64,000 nt of DNA from Nitrososphaerota archaeon. GTDB lineage: Archaea; Thermoproteota; Nitrososphaeria; Nitrososphaerales; Gagatemarchaeaceae. The stretch is taken from NCBI GenBank assembly GCA_029785825.1, contig JAFLYY010000001.1, forward strand, positions 649,374-713,373, written 5' to 3'. Under the pieces are notes generated by a model. That model was not told where the DNA came from. It worked only from the letters and a program-made list of their open reading frames with translations, and did not search any database. A program made the translations under genes and the position numbers. Shown here piece after piece: positions 33,844 through 43,965 of this stretch. How positions within the stretch are numbered: the stretch's first letter is position 1; the number at the start of each line of letters is the position of its first letter.

Positions 33844-33850
33844 TTTAAAT
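33844..33850 (+). promoter_or_regulatory. TATA-like TTTAAAT upstream of the permease gene
   Basis: It lies about 20 nt upstream of ATG 33868, which suggests a leaderless transcript. Confidence 0.35.
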
Positions 33851-33867
33851 CAGGTCGAAAGCGGAGC

Positions 33868-35559
33868 ATGACGCACTTCTTGTCCAAACCCTCGGTCTGG
33901 ATTCGGGAAGCAACGGGCGTTGTGAAGAACGTTAACCCACTTACCATGTTTTGGGCCAACATGGGGGAGATCGGCTTCGGCGGAGGGTTCCTGTTCCTCA
34001 ACATCATATTTGCGTCGTTCATCAGCTCGATCCCCGGAGGGTCGAACCCAGAGGACGTCATCCCCGCGGTGGGGGTGTTCACCATCGCCGTCCTCTTCGA
34101 GGCATACATCTTCTATCACATCACCCACAGCGTGGGGAGGACCGGCGGGGACTACGTCTGGCTGAGCAGGATAGTGAACCCCTCGTTCGCCGGGTTCCTG
34201 ATGCTCGGGTTCGTCTTCACCGGGATTCCTTTCATCGGCGTGGACCTGTTCTTCCTCTTCTCTACGATGGCTCCCTCCTTCGCCACCCTCGGACAGGTGA
34301 CGAACAACGCGGGGCTCTCGACGGCCGCGACGGCGCTGAACTTCTACGGCGGGGCCTTCAACGCCCCTGAGGCCATCGCGATAGGGCTGGCCATAATCGC
34401 GATCATCACGGTCATCGACATCTTCAGGCCCTCCCTCGGGTTCAAGGTCCTGGCAGGCTTCGTCGCCCTGGGGACCCTGGCGGCGCTGGCGATGGCCGCC
34501 CTCTTCCTGATGGCGGGCCCGTCGGGGGTCCAGTCGTCGCTGAACTCCTACCTCGGGACCTACGGGCTCTACTACTTCAACGGGACGGGTTATAGCGCCG
34601 CTACGAGCGTCAACCAGCTTGCGACGCTCCCGGCTCTCGGGGGAGGGGTGCCTTCGTTCTCCTGGATGGGGGCCTTCCTGCTGCTCCCGTTCGTCGCGAT
34701 TTACATGCCTTGGATCAACAACGTGGCTGCCTTCGGCGGGGAGCTGAAGAGCATCAAGAAGAGCGCGATGTACGCGACCTTCGCCGTAGTCCTCGCCAGC
34801 GGTGTCCTCCTGCTCCTCTTCAACCAGCTCTACATCTCGTACGTCGGCGGCCCCGCGGTGACCTTCGGGCTGGCGCAGACGTCGTCGACCATGCTGAGCG
34901 TCGCGACTATGATATCCGGGAACAACGCCGCCCTCGGCTGGTTCATGAACCTCGGGTTCTCCCTCTGGTTCCTTGCGGCCATCGCCCAGACCATCCTCGT
35001 GATATCCAGGTACCTCCTCAGTATGGGGTTCGACAGGTTCATCCCCACGTGGTTCGCGAACGTCAGCAACAGGTTCCACTCTCCGGTCAACGGGCTCGTC
35101 TTCCCCGCCGTGATCGCCGGCGTCGTGACCATCTTCGTGATGTACTATTCGTTCATCTCCGCCTTCACCACGACGGGGCTGGGGACTATGTACTTCGCCT
35201 GCATCGGCCTCACCGCGATCTACTACGCCTACAACAGAAGGGCGCAGCTGAAAGGGACGGCCACCGCGCTCATCATCTCAGGGGTCGTAGTCCTGGCGTT
35301 CTTCGCCGTCCTTACGGCGGAGTTCTTCGTCTACCCGTACTTCGGGGTAAGCATAGGCAACCTCGGGGCGGCGATATCGGCAGGGATGAATTACTACAAC
35401 CCGGCCGGAGTCCAGCAGATATACGGAGGCCTCCCGTGGCTCATCATAATCTTCGGGTTCTGGATCGTAGGGGCGTTCTGGTACACGATAAGGAAGCGGT
35501 ACCTGAAGAGCAAAGGGATAGACCTCTCGGTCACCTACAAGGAGATCCCGCCGGAATAA
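33868..35559 (+). CDS. APC-superfamily-like amino acid/polyamine permease
   Basis: A 563-aa ORF with 12 or more hydrophobic helices. The family assignment is tentative. Confidence 0.6.
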   Translation: MTHFLSKPSVWIREATGVVKNVNPLTMFWANMGEIGFGGGFLFLNIIFASFISSIPGGSNPEDVIPAVGVFTIAVLFEAYIFYHITHSVGRTGGDYVWLSRIVNPSFAGFLMLGFVFTGIPFIGVDLFFLFSTMAPSFATLGQVTNNAGLSTAATALNFYGGAFNAPEAIAIGLAIIAIITVIDIFRPSLGFKVLAGFVALGTLAALAMAALFLMAGPSGVQSSLNSYLGTYGLYYFNGTGYSAATSVNQLATLPALGGGVPSFSWMGAFLLLPFVAIYMPWINNVAAFGGELKSIKKSAMYATFAVVLASGVLLLLFNQLYISYVGGPAVTFGLAQTSSTMLSVATMISGNNAALGWFMNLGFSLWFLAAIAQTILVISRYLLSMGFDRFIPTWFANVSNRFHSPVNGLVFPAVIAGVVTIFVMYYSFISAFTTTGLGTMYFACIGLTAIYYAYNRRAQLKGTATALIISGVVVLAFFAVLTAEFFVYPYFGVSIGNLGAAISAGMNYYNPAGVQQIYGGLPWLIIIFGFWIVGAFWYTIRKRYLKSKGIDLSVTYKEIPPE

Positions 35560-35754
35560 GCCGGGCGGGGAACAGCGAAGACGTAGTCAGCAAGAAAGCG
35601 CGGGCGCAAGCTTGCAGGCTCCTTCCGCCGGTCTCCTCGACTTCGGCTCGGTGCGGGGCGTCCCGCCTCGCGGCTCAGGGACTTCACGTCAAGGCCGGGT
35701 CCTTCTGGCTCTGTGGTTCATCTCGCATTTAAGCCGGCCCGGCGGAGGCGGGGC

Positions 35755-36810
35755 ATGGCCGTCGTAGCGCGCACCCCCACGGACGGGGGCCGCCGGGGGA
35801 GGGCGCTGCCATACGCCGCCGCCCTCTTCACCACGGTCCTGTGGTCTTCCTCCTACGTCCTGATAAAAGAGGGGGTATCAGAGATACCGCCGCTTTACTT
35901 CGCGACGCTGAGATACGGCCTCGCGTTCATCATACTCCTCACCGCCGACCTGGCGCTCTCCCGTCGAGGCAGACGCCACCCTCCGGTCGGGAGGCGGAAA
36001 GGCATCCTGCTGGTGGTAGCGGGGGTCGGGGGATACACCGTCGCCCAGGGCCTCCAGTACGTGGGGCTCTACTACCTCCCCGCGGTCACGACTAGCTTCC
36101 TCCTGAACTTCAACCCCTTCTTCGTCCTCCTCCTCGGGGTGGGCCTCCTGGGGGAGAGAGTCACGCCGGCACAGCTGATGGGGTTCGGCCTCGCGGTCCT
36201 GGGGGCATTCGCGTTCTTCAGCGAGAAGGTCGCCTGGGGGGGCCAGGTCTTCGGCGTCGCGGTGGTGGTCGCTTCGGGGGTCGGATGGGCCGTCTACATG
36301 GTCGCGGTCAGGTCGTTCTACGGCCCGCACGGGCTGAGCCCCCTCAGGCTGACCACCGTGACGATGGGGGTAGGGGTGGCCGGGATGGTCGTCCTGACGG
36401 CGGCGTCCGGCCAGTACGCGCCTTTGACCCTCGATGGAGCGCTCACGGTGGTCTGGCTCGCTTCGGTCAACACCGCCCTCGCATTCGTCCTCTGGAACTG
36501 GTCTCTGAAGGCGATACCGCCCTACGAGCTGACCATCCTTCAGGACCTGATGCTGATCGAGATCGCGCTGTTCGCCCTCTTATTCCTGGGGGAGCCCATC
36601 ACTCCGGTCATGGCGGGGGGGATGGGGATGGTCCTCGCCGGGGTGTTGGTGGTACAGCTGAAGGGGAGGCCCGCCAAGGCGGTCCCTGCCATCGCAGACC
36701 AGGGGACGGACGCGCCCAAGTCACAGGTATCCGTCGAGGGCCTTCAGCGAGTCTTCGGCAGACGACACGGGGAGCAGCCCTCCGGCTGCGAGCCTGTGCC
36801 CTCCCCCTGA
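35755..36810 (+). CDS. EamA/DMT-family transporter
   Basis: About 10 TM helices in two EamA-like repeats (LFTTVLWSSSYVLIKEG..). ATG 35755 lies about 25 nt downstream of the TATA-like ATTTAAG. The 3' tail overlaps the convergent DHH gene by 90 nt. Confidence 0.7.
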   Translation: MAVVARTPTDGGRRGRALPYAAALFTTVLWSSSYVLIKEGVSEIPPLYFATLRYGLAFIILLTADLALSRRGRRHPPVGRRKGILLVVAGVGGYTVAQGLQYVGLYYLPAVTTSFLLNFNPFFVLLLGVGLLGERVTPAQLMGFGLAVLGAFAFFSEKVAWGGQVFGVAVVVASGVGWAVYMVAVRSFYGPHGLSPLRLTTVTMGVGVAGMVVLTAASGQYAPLTLDGALTVVWLASVNTALAFVLWNWSLKAIPPYELTILQDLMLIEIALFALLFLGEPITPVMAGGMGMVLAGVLVVQLKGRPAKAVPAIADQGTDAPKSQVSVEGLQRVFGRRHGEQPSGCEPVPSP

Positions 36811-37722
36811 CCCGCCGTACCTGGCGGCCACCTCCGATATCGCCTTCCCCAGATGCGCCTTGCAGCTGGAGGTCCCCCTCAGCTCGACGAGGTAACGCCC
36901 GCCTGCCGGCGCGAGCGAGACGCCCACGGGGGCGCCCATGGCCCCAGGGATGAGCTCGGCCACGTTCCCGCTGGTCCCTTCGGGGACGACGACGTATGCC
37001 AGCCCCCTCAGCTTCCGCCCCCGTTCACCGATGAGCCTGACGAGCTCCCTTGACGTCCTCAGCTGGCGAAGGGCGGACGCCTCCACTCCTTTGATCTCGT
37101 GGGGCTCGGCCATCCTCGAGAGCCCTCTGACGACCGTCCGGAGGAAAGGGCGCGCTCCCCTGTTCGCGAGGACCGCGTTGGAGAGGAGGGAAGCCTCCGC
37201 GAGGACGTGCAGCCTGTCCGTCCCCTCTATCAGCCGCCGGGCCATGGGCGAGTCGTCCATCCCGTCTGTAACGGCGCCCAGCAGGGGCACCTGCCAGGCT
37301 ACGGCAGGGAGGTCGCCCTTGAACCTCGCGTAGGCGAGCATGCTCGCGCACTCGCTTTCGTCGTGCACCAGCTCCACCCCCAGCCCCTCGATGCGGCGCT
37401 TCGCCCTCCGCCCGAGGAAATGATGGTCCACGTAGGTGACGGCCGCCCTTGAGGCGATCCTCCCGAGCGCTTCGACGAACGGCCCTTCATCGGAGCCGTC
37501 CACCCCCATGTCACAGAGCACGAGCCTGTCGATCCCCTTCGGGACCCTCCCCAGGTCAGGCACCAGTGTGTCGTAGTCCGTGAGAAGGAAGTCACCCCCC
37601 GTGGCCGCCACCGCCAGGGCTGCCGAGCTCAGCCCGTCCACGTCCCGGGAGTGCGACATGCAGAAGGTCTTGGCGGACCTGCGCCCCCGGCCCCGGAGCC
37701 GTGACCCGGTGGGGCGGCTCAC
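36721..37722 (-). CDS. DHH/DHHA1 family phosphoesterase
   Basis: SHSRDVDGLSSAAL, LCDMGVD and the DHHA1 motif GGGHRLAAGG are present. The GTG start overlaps the permease stop (GTGA). Confidence 0.75.
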   Translation of the reverse strand: MSRPTGSRLRGRGRRSAKTFCMSHSRDVDGLSSAALAVAATGGDFLLTDYDTLVPDLGRVPKGIDRLVLCDMGVDGSDEGPFVEALGRIASRAAVTYVDHHFLGRRAKRRIEGLGVELVHDESECASMLAYARFKGDLPAVAWQVPLLGAVTDGMDDSPMARRLIEGTDRLHVLAEASLLSNAVLANRGARPFLRTVVRGLSRMAEPHEIKGVEASALRQLRTSRELVRLIGERGRKLRGLAYVVVPEGTSGNVAELIPGAMGAPVGVSLAPAGGRYLVELRGTSSCKAHLGKAISEVAARYGGSGGGHRLAAGGLLPVSSAEDSLKALDGYL

Positions 37723-39482
37723 CCTTTCACGCCTCCGGAGTAGAGCCCCTTCAGGAGGTAACCCTGGGCGACGATGGACAGGATGATCACAGGTATCGCG
37801 AGGATGATACCCGAGGAGGCCAGTTGGGTCCAGACGTTGTTGCTGATGGTGCCGCCCGTGCTGTCAGGGTCGAACAGTATCGCGAACGTCGTGACGGTGT
37901 TCGACCCCACAGGGGGGAAGGTGAAGGAGAACGGGGTCTGCGAGAGGACGAGCGGGAACAGGAGCAGGTGCCATGAGAAGATGAACGCCACCATCCCCGC
38001 GGCTATGAGCCCGGGCCTGGCCAGCGGCATCACGATGGAGAGGAAGGAGCGTATCCGCGAGTATCCGTCGACCAGGGCGGCCTCCTCGTACTGCTTCGGG
38101 AGCGAGCTGTAGAAGTTCGTCATGGTCCAGACGACGAACGGGACGGTGAACAGTGGCTCGGTGAGTATCAGCGCCGTCCACGTGTTGAGCAGGCGGAGCC
38201 CCACCATCATGGAGAAGATCCCGTATACGAAGACTATGGACGGGAGGGAGAAGGTGTAGATCATGATGCCCAGAAGCGCACGCTTGCCCTCCCTCGCTAT
38301 GATGTAGGCGGCGGGCGCGGCCAGGAGTATGGTCACCGCCGTGACGGCGCAGGACACGAAGAACGTCGTGATTATCTCGGGAGACGCCTGGGCCACCGTC
38401 TGCAGGAACACGTCAGTGATTATCTTGGTGGGATAGATGATCGGGGGGAGGAGGTAGTCGAGCGACTGGGGCCTGAACGCGATCAGCCCCATCCAGTAGA
38501 TGGGGAAGAGAATGAACACGGATACGAGGCCGCAGACGAGGTACAGGATGTACCTGAAGGGGGCGTTGAAGACCCGTCGGGATCCTGGGAGGCGTACCTT
38601 CGGCGCCCGGATCTTGGGGAGCCAGGTCCTCCCTCTCCCGTTCTTGGAGGCTCCGATCGTGGTCCTGACCAGCAGGAGCCCCGGGATGCTGGCCAGGAGC
38701 GCGACGAATATGGCCGCGGCCAGCCCCTGAGGCGCGAGGTTGGCATAGAACATCTCGGCGTAGGCATACACCACCATGGTCGCCATGGTGATGGGGGGGA
38801 CCCCGCCCGCGCCGCTGAGGATGTAGGGGAGGTCGAAGTTCCCGAAGCCGAGTATCATGATCATGAGGAAGGCGGTGACGATCGCCCCTTTCGCCAGGGG
38901 GAGGGCCACGGAGGAGTAGTAGTCCCACATCTCCATGCCGTCAACCGACGCCGCCTCCTTCACCTGCTTGGGGACGGAGGACAGGCCCGCGAGGATGATG
39001 AGGAAGGCGAGGGGGATGGAGGCCCATACCCCCACCGTGGTCAGCGAATAGAGCTGCAGGGCGGGGCCGAGCCAGTTGATGGCGGGGAGGCCGAGCGACG
39101 TCAGGATCGGGTCAAGGGGGCCGTACCCGGGGTTGAACAGGGTCGCCCAGATCAGGGCGCTCGCTGTGAAGGGTATCATGTAGGGGAGGTACGCTATCAG
39201 GGAGATGGCGCGCTTCGCCCTCCGCCTGCTGTCTACGAGGATCGCAAAGGCGGTGCCGACAAGGACAGAGGCAACGGCGGTTCCGACCGCGAAGAAGACG
39301 GTGTTGTAGACGATCCGCCCGAAGTCGGTCTGGGCGAAGAGCGACACGTACGACGACAGGTCGGACGAAGGGGCGGAGAGGACGACCGATATAATCAGGG
39401 GGACTAGCGCGAAGAAGAACAGATAGGCGACGGCGGGGATGTAGAAGATCCTCTTCGACAGAGCCTCGCCGACGCCGGACAG
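37719..39482 (-). CDS. Fused two-domain ABC transporter permease (MalF-like + MalG-like); start codon unresolved
   Basis: Two EAA loops are present (EAASVDGMEMWDYYSSVALPLAKG; EAALVDGYSRIRSFLSIVMPLARPG). The first canonical start is GTG 39347. The in-frame codons 39348-39482 encode a typical first TM (RIFYIPAVAYLFFFALVPLIISVVLS). Confidence 0.8.
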   Translation of the reverse strand: MSGVGEALSKRIFYIPAVAYLFFFALVPLIISVVLSAPSSDLSSYVSLFAQTDFGRIVYNTVFFAVGTAVASVLVGTAFAILVDSRRRAKRAISLIAYLPYMIPFTASALIWATLFNPGYGPLDPILTSLGLPAINWLGPALQLYSLTTVGVWASIPLAFLIILAGLSSVPKQVKEAASVDGMEMWDYYSSVALPLAKGAIVTAFLMIMILGFGNFDLPYILSGAGGVPPITMATMVVYAYAEMFYANLAPQGLAAAIFVALLASIPGLLLVRTTIGASKNGRGRTWLPKIRAPKVRLPGSRRVFNAPFRYILYLVCGLVSVFILFPIYWMGLIAFRPQSLDYLLPPIIYPTKIITDVFLQTVAQASPEIITTFFVSCAVTAVTILLAAPAAYIIAREGKRALLGIMIYTFSLPSIVFVYGIFSMMVGLRLLNTWTALILTEPLFTVPFVVWTMTNFYSSLPKQYEEAALVDGYSRIRSFLSIVMPLARPGLIAAGMVAFIFSWHLLLFPLVLSQTPFSFTFPPVGSNTVTTFAILFDPDSTGGTISNNVWTQLASSGIILAIPVIILSIVAQGYLLKGLYSGGVKG

Positions 39483-39483
39483 G

Positions 39484-40542
39484 TCAGGCCCCTTCCTTGC
39501 TCAGGACGTGGACTCCCCCCGGGTTAACCGAGAACTTCACCCTCTGCCCCGTGCCCATCCCCCCGACGTCGTGGGCGATCGCCCTGATCTCCACCCCCCC
39601 TATGCTCAGATACACGATTGTCTCGCGCCCTGCGTACTCGAAGGCGGTGGCCTCTGCCTCGTTGGGCCCCGAGCCGAGGACCAGGCTCTCCGGCCTGACC
39701 CCGACCTTGAAGGTCCCGTCTGCGAGGTTCCCGAGGGGGAGGGAGACAGGGGTCGAAGACCCGCCCGAGACCTTGACGTACATGACGTTCAGCGGCGGGC
39801 TCCCGATGAAGGTGGCCGTGAACTCGTCGGCGGGGGAGGCATAGATCTCCCTCGGGGTACCTACCTGGCGGATCTTCCCGTTCCCCATTATGGCGACCCT
39901 GTCAGAGATGGAGAGGGCCTCGGACTGGTCGTGCGTCACGTAGATGGTGGTCATGCCGAACTCCCTCTGCACATCTTTCAGGAACTTCCGGGCCGAGAAC
40001 CTCAGCTGGGCGTCGAGGTTGGAGAAGGGCTCGTCGAGGAGGAACACGTCCGGGTGCTTGATGAGGGCTCTGGCGAGCGCGACCCGCTGCTGCTGCCCCC
40101 CTGAGATCTGGCCGGGCCTCCTGTCCAGGGTCTCGCCTATGCCGAGGCGCCCGGCTATCTCCCTGGCGTCTTTGAGCGCGTCCTCCTTCTTCATCCCCCT
40201 CACCGTCAGAGGAGAGGTGATGTTCTCCATCACGGTCTTGTTAGGATAGAGGGCGTAGTCCTGGAACACCATGCCTATGTTCCTCTTCGCCGGACCCAGG
40301 GCGTCTACGGGTCTCGACCCGATGAAGAGGTGCCCCGAGTCCTGGACCTCGAGCCCCGCGATTATCCTCAGCAGAGTCGTCTTCCCCGACCCCGACGGCC
40401 CCACGAGGGAGAAGAGCTCCCCCGGGGAGATCTCGAGGTCCACATCTTCGAATACTGTGAGCTTTCCGAACCTCTTCGTTATGCCTTGTAACCTTACCCC
40501 GGCCGCCCGGGCTTCAGGTCCCGAAAAAGTGTGGGCAGGCAC
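39484..40542 (-). CDS. ABC transporter ATP-binding protein (MalK/UgpC-like)
   Basis: Walker A GPSGSGKTT, signature LSGGQQQRVALARAL and Walker B VFLLDEPFSNLD are present with a MalK-type C-terminal domain. Confidence 0.9.
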   Translation of the reverse strand: MPAHTFSGPEARAAGVRLQGITKRFGKLTVFEDVDLEISPGELFSLVGPSGSGKTTLLRIIAGLEVQDSGHLFIGSRPVDALGPAKRNIGMVFQDYALYPNKTVMENITSPLTVRGMKKEDALKDAREIAGRLGIGETLDRRPGQISGGQQQRVALARALIKHPDVFLLDEPFSNLDAQLRFSARKFLKDVQREFGMTTIYVTHDQSEALSISDRVAIMGNGKIRQVGTPREIYASPADEFTATFIGSPPLNVMYVKVSGGSSTPVSLPLGNLADGTFKVGVRPESLVLGSGPNEAEATAFEYAGRETIVYLSIGGVEIRAIAHDVGGMGTGQRVKFSVNPGGVHVLSKEGA

Positions 40543-40548
40543 CGGCCT

Positions 40549-41988
40549 TCAGCTTACGGCTTTGAGCCAAGCGGCTGCTGCCGTATCCAGTGCCTGTTGC
40601 GCAGATGAGGTGCTGTTGGATGTCCCTGTAAGGAAACCGTAGACAGGCTGGTTGAACGCGGGTATCAGCGTGGAAGAGGTGATGACGAGGTTCGGCGGAT
40701 TCGCCCAGCCGACCGCGCCGGTGTCGAACACCTGTTGTATCACGTTCCTTGCCTGCTGCGGGATCGAAGTGTTGGAGGTGAGGATAGCAGTCGCGGCCCT
40801 GGAGATCGGGAACTCTCCTGCCACTGTGTAGATCTTGGCGTTGACCGTGGGGGAGACGAGATACTGGATGAACGCTGCCGCCAGCGCCTGGTTGTTCGAG
40901 TACTTGTTGATGGCATAGAAGTCTGTACCAGTCTCGGCGTAGCCGCCCGGAAGCGAGCTGACCGCGATGGAAGACGAGATGTTCTTCGAGCTCAGCAGAG
41001 TGGATGCGTCAGCTGTGAACATCAGTGAGCCCCACGACTCGCCCGCCTGCAGCGGAGCGAATACCGTGCCGTAGCCCACCGTGGTCCCAGCCGGCTGGGG
41101 GTCGTACTGCATCAGATTGTACATCGTCTGCAGTGCCTGTACCCCGGCGGTCCCGTTGAAAGATGGGGATGGTACGCCGCTGGACCCTGCGAAGCCGTTG
41201 AACATGATGTTGTAGTTCAGCAGACCGCCCTGTGGGTTGGATCCGCTGATCGAGGAGTCGTGCGCGTAGTAGTAGCCGAAGATTGCCGGATAGGTGTCTA
41301 TGATGTCATGGCCTTCCGAGCCGTCGGTTATGAGCCCGTACTTCACAGTGTGTGTCTGAGTCACGAGGAAGTGGTTCACGTCGAGGATCGCCTGCCAGCT
41401 CGACCACGGTGGACTCATGGGGAACCCATACTGGCTCTCGAACTGTGCGTTCAGAGCGGCGTTGCTCAGCAGGGTCTGGTTGTAGAAGATGGTGAAGGTC
41501 GAAGTGTCGTACGGCACTCCGATGAGCTCCTTCGTCCCGTTGACCAGATAGTAGCCTCCGAAGTTGAGCTGCGGAGCTGGGATGTCCGAGGTGTTCAGGT
41601 TCACCAGCCCGTTCAGGTTCGACACGTAGCTGGCGAAGCCCAGCGCGCTGGTCGAAGTGAAGGTGATGATGTCGTAGGTGGACGACTGTGCCTTCAGCGA
41701 GGTGAGCTCGGTGGTGGTGTAGCTGCTGAATCCCTGCGCCGTCACGTGGATGGTGACCCCGGGGTGGGCCGCCATGAACGTGTTGGCTGCGTCCTGCAGC
41801 CAGGCGTTCGACGGGTCCGTGAACGTGATGACGTTGAGGGTCCCGGACAGCTGCGCAGAGGTCGTTGTCTTGGCCGGAGGAGAGTAGTACGCGATGTAAT
41901 AGTAGGCTCCCCCTGCGATTACCAGGAGGACCACAACTATTGCCACGCCTGCACCTGTGCTTATTGCATTTCGGGATTGAACGTCCAT
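40549..41988 (-). CDS. ABC transporter extracellular solute-binding protein (sugar-type), membrane-anchored
   Basis: A 479-aa protein with an N-terminal TM anchor, a Ser/Thr-rich linker and cluster-like solute-binding composition. It is the first gene of the operon. Confidence 0.7.
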   Translation of the reverse strand: MDVQSRNAISTGAGVAIVVVLLVIAGGAYYYIAYYSPPAKTTTSAQLSGTLNVITFTDPSNAWLQDAANTFMAAHPGVTIHVTAQGFSSYTTTELTSLKAQSSTYDIITFTSTSALGFASYVSNLNGLVNLNTSDIPAPQLNFGGYYLVNGTKELIGVPYDTSTFTIFYNQTLLSNAALNAQFESQYGFPMSPPWSSWQAILDVNHFLVTQTHTVKYGLITDGSEGHDIIDTYPAIFGYYYAHDSSISGSNPQGGLLNYNIMFNGFAGSSGVPSPSFNGTAGVQALQTMYNLMQYDPQPAGTTVGYGTVFAPLQAGESWGSLMFTADASTLLSSKNISSSIAVSSLPGGYAETGTDFYAINKYSNNQALAAAFIQYLVSPTVNAKIYTVAGEFPISRAATAILTSNTSIPQQARNVIQQVFDTGAVGWANPPNLVITSSTLIPAFNQPVYGFLTGTSNSTSSAQQALDTAAAAWLKAVS

Positions 41989-42102
41989 AATATTCTCGGC
42001 AGCCGGTCCGGTCGTTAGTTATTTAAACGGGACAAAGCAGTTCCCCGCATCGGACGCGACGAGGCAAAGTGTTCTTAACGACCGTACCTCCGGCGACGGC
42101 GA

Positions 42103-43008
42103 TTGAAGGTCCTGGTCGCGGGGTTCCTCACCATCGACTCGATACAGCTCCCCACCCGGACCGTCGCCTCGGTAGGGGGCCCCCCCGCCTACGCCGGGCT
42201 CATCGCCTCCCGTCTCGGGCACGAAGTCACGCCGCTGACCAAGGTGGGGTCCGACTTCCCCGACGAACAGGCCGTCTGGCTGGCCAGGAACGGGGTGTCG
42301 CTCAGGGCGTCGGACCGGAGCGGCACGAAGCCCACCACCAGGTTCAGGATAACTGACACCGGCGGGGACAGGGCTCTCTACCTGGCGAGCAGGTGCGAAG
42401 ACCTCGCCCCTTCGCAGATACCGCCCGAGACGAGGTTCCGCGCCTCCCTCGTGTCCCCTCTCGCCGGGGAGGTCTCCCCGTCCCTCCTCTCGGAGATATC
42501 GGCCCGATCCGACTTCACCTTCCTCGACCCCCAGGGGTTCATCCGGAGGTTCGGGGCAGGGGGGAAGGTCTCCTTCGCCCCCCCGAGCGACGGCGCCGCC
42601 CTGACGAAGGTGGACGCGGTCAAGATGGACAGGACCGAGGCCGAGATGCTGACCGGGAGGTCGGAGCCGACGGCGGCGCTCGAGAAGGTCTTCTCCATGG
42701 GGATACGGAAGGGGATCGTCACCCAGGGAGGGGGCTCCTGCTACGTCCTTGACGGCGGGAGGATATACAAGGTCTCGGTCCCGCAGACGCCGGTCCTCGA
42801 CAGCACCGGCGCGGGGGACATACTGAGCGGCGCGACCGTCTCCTGGTACCTGAAGACCAGGGACTTCCTCAGGAGCGCCTGCTTCGGCGTCGCGGCGTCG
42901 TCGCTTTCTCTCCAGATGATCGCGCTGGCGAAGGTAGACCTCCCCATGAGCGTGGACGACACAGCCCAGCGGCTCTTCTCCAACGCCGACCCGGTGGCGG
43001 CGGTCTGA
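42103..43008 (+). CDS. PfkB-family carbohydrate/nucleoside kinase
   Basis: The layout is ribokinase-like. VGGPPAYAG is present with the C-terminal DSTGAGDILSGA motif. The start is TTG. Confidence 0.75.
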   Translation: MKVLVAGFLTIDSIQLPTRTVASVGGPPAYAGLIASRLGHEVTPLTKVGSDFPDEQAVWLARNGVSLRASDRSGTKPTTRFRITDTGGDRALYLASRCEDLAPSQIPPETRFRASLVSPLAGEVSPSLLSEISARSDFTFLDPQGFIRRFGAGGKVSFAPPSDGAALTKVDAVKMDRTEAEMLTGRSEPTAALEKVFSMGIRKGIVTQGGGSCYVLDGGRIYKVSVPQTPVLDSTGAGDILSGATVSWYLKTRDFLRSACFGVAASSLSLQMIALAKVDLPMSVDDTAQRLFSNADPVAAV

Positions 43009-43014
43009 GAGCGC

Positions 43015-43965
43015 TCACCCCTGCGTGAGCGTGTGCGACACCACCCTGTCCTTCTCTATCTCGCAGAGGAACCCGTTCAGGTTCCCGAACCCGTAGTCGC
43101 TCCCCGGGTTGGCGCAGAGGGTCCGGCCGAGCTTGACCATCCCCCTCGACTCGTGGATATGGCCGTGCACCCCGAGGAGCGGCTGGTGCTCCTCTATCTT
43201 CTTGCGGACCGCCGAGCTCCCGGCGGAGATCATGACGGACTGCCCTCCGGCGGTGACGGGCTTGAGCTCCGCGTCCAGCTTCGGGGCCCTGTCGAGGAGG
43301 GTGTCGATGGGAGGGACGTGGACGTTGTATATGGCCGCCGAGGGGTCCTTGACCTCCTTCGCCATCTGCTCGATCATCCCCTCCAGGTCCGGCTCGTCGA
43401 CCTCCCGGGGGCTGTCCCAGGGGGTGTGGTTCGTGTACCCAAGGGTGATCATCTCGTGCCCTCCGCCGATGTCGACCACCTTCCGCTCCGGGTTGACGAC
43501 GTAGGAGGAGGAGTCGAGGATCTCGTCGATCTCGAAGTAGTCGTCGTTCCCCGGGGATATGTAGCACGTTATCCCGGTCCCCTTCAGCCGCTCCTCGGCC
43601 AGGCGCATCCACCCCTGTATGCTCTCCCTCATGAGCGACTTGAAGAGGGGGACCTGCAGGTCAGGGTCGGCCGAGATCTCCTCGGCTTCCTTGACGTTCG
43701 TCAGGAACGGATAGCACCCGGCGTCCCTTATCGCCTTCATGGTCGCGTCGAGCTCCTCCTTGGAGCGGATGACCTGCTCCTTCCCGAAGGTGCAGGCTCT
43801 GGTGCCGTCCGCCTGGGCGACGATAGGGACGATCATCTTCCCGGTGATGTCTCCGCCCAGTATGAGGACGTTGGCGCCATAGAACTTCCCGGCGTTGACG
43901 AACTTGCGGAAGCACCTGTCCGACCCGTGAACGTCTGTCACGAAGAAGAGCTTGGTCTTCGGCAT
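43015..43965 (-). CDS. Calcineurin-like metallophosphoesterase
   Basis: The motifs DVHGS, GGDITGK, GNDD and GVHGHIHE are present. Confidence 0.75.
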   Translation of the reverse strand: MPKTKLFFVTDVHGSDRCFRKFVNAGKFYGANVLILGGDITGKMIVPIVAQADGTRACTFGKEQVIRSKEELDATMKAIRDAGCYPFLTNVKEAEEISADPDLQVPLFKSLMRESIQGWMRLAEERLKGTGITCYISPGNDDYFEIDEILDSSSYVVNPERKVVDIGGGHEMITLGYTNHTPWDSPREVDEPDLEGMIEQMAKEVKDPSAAIYNVHVPPIDTLLDRAPKLDAELKPVTAGGQSVMISAGSSAVRKKIEEHQPLLGVHGHIHESRGMVKLGRTLCANPGSDYGFGNLNGFLCEIEKDRVVSHTLTQG

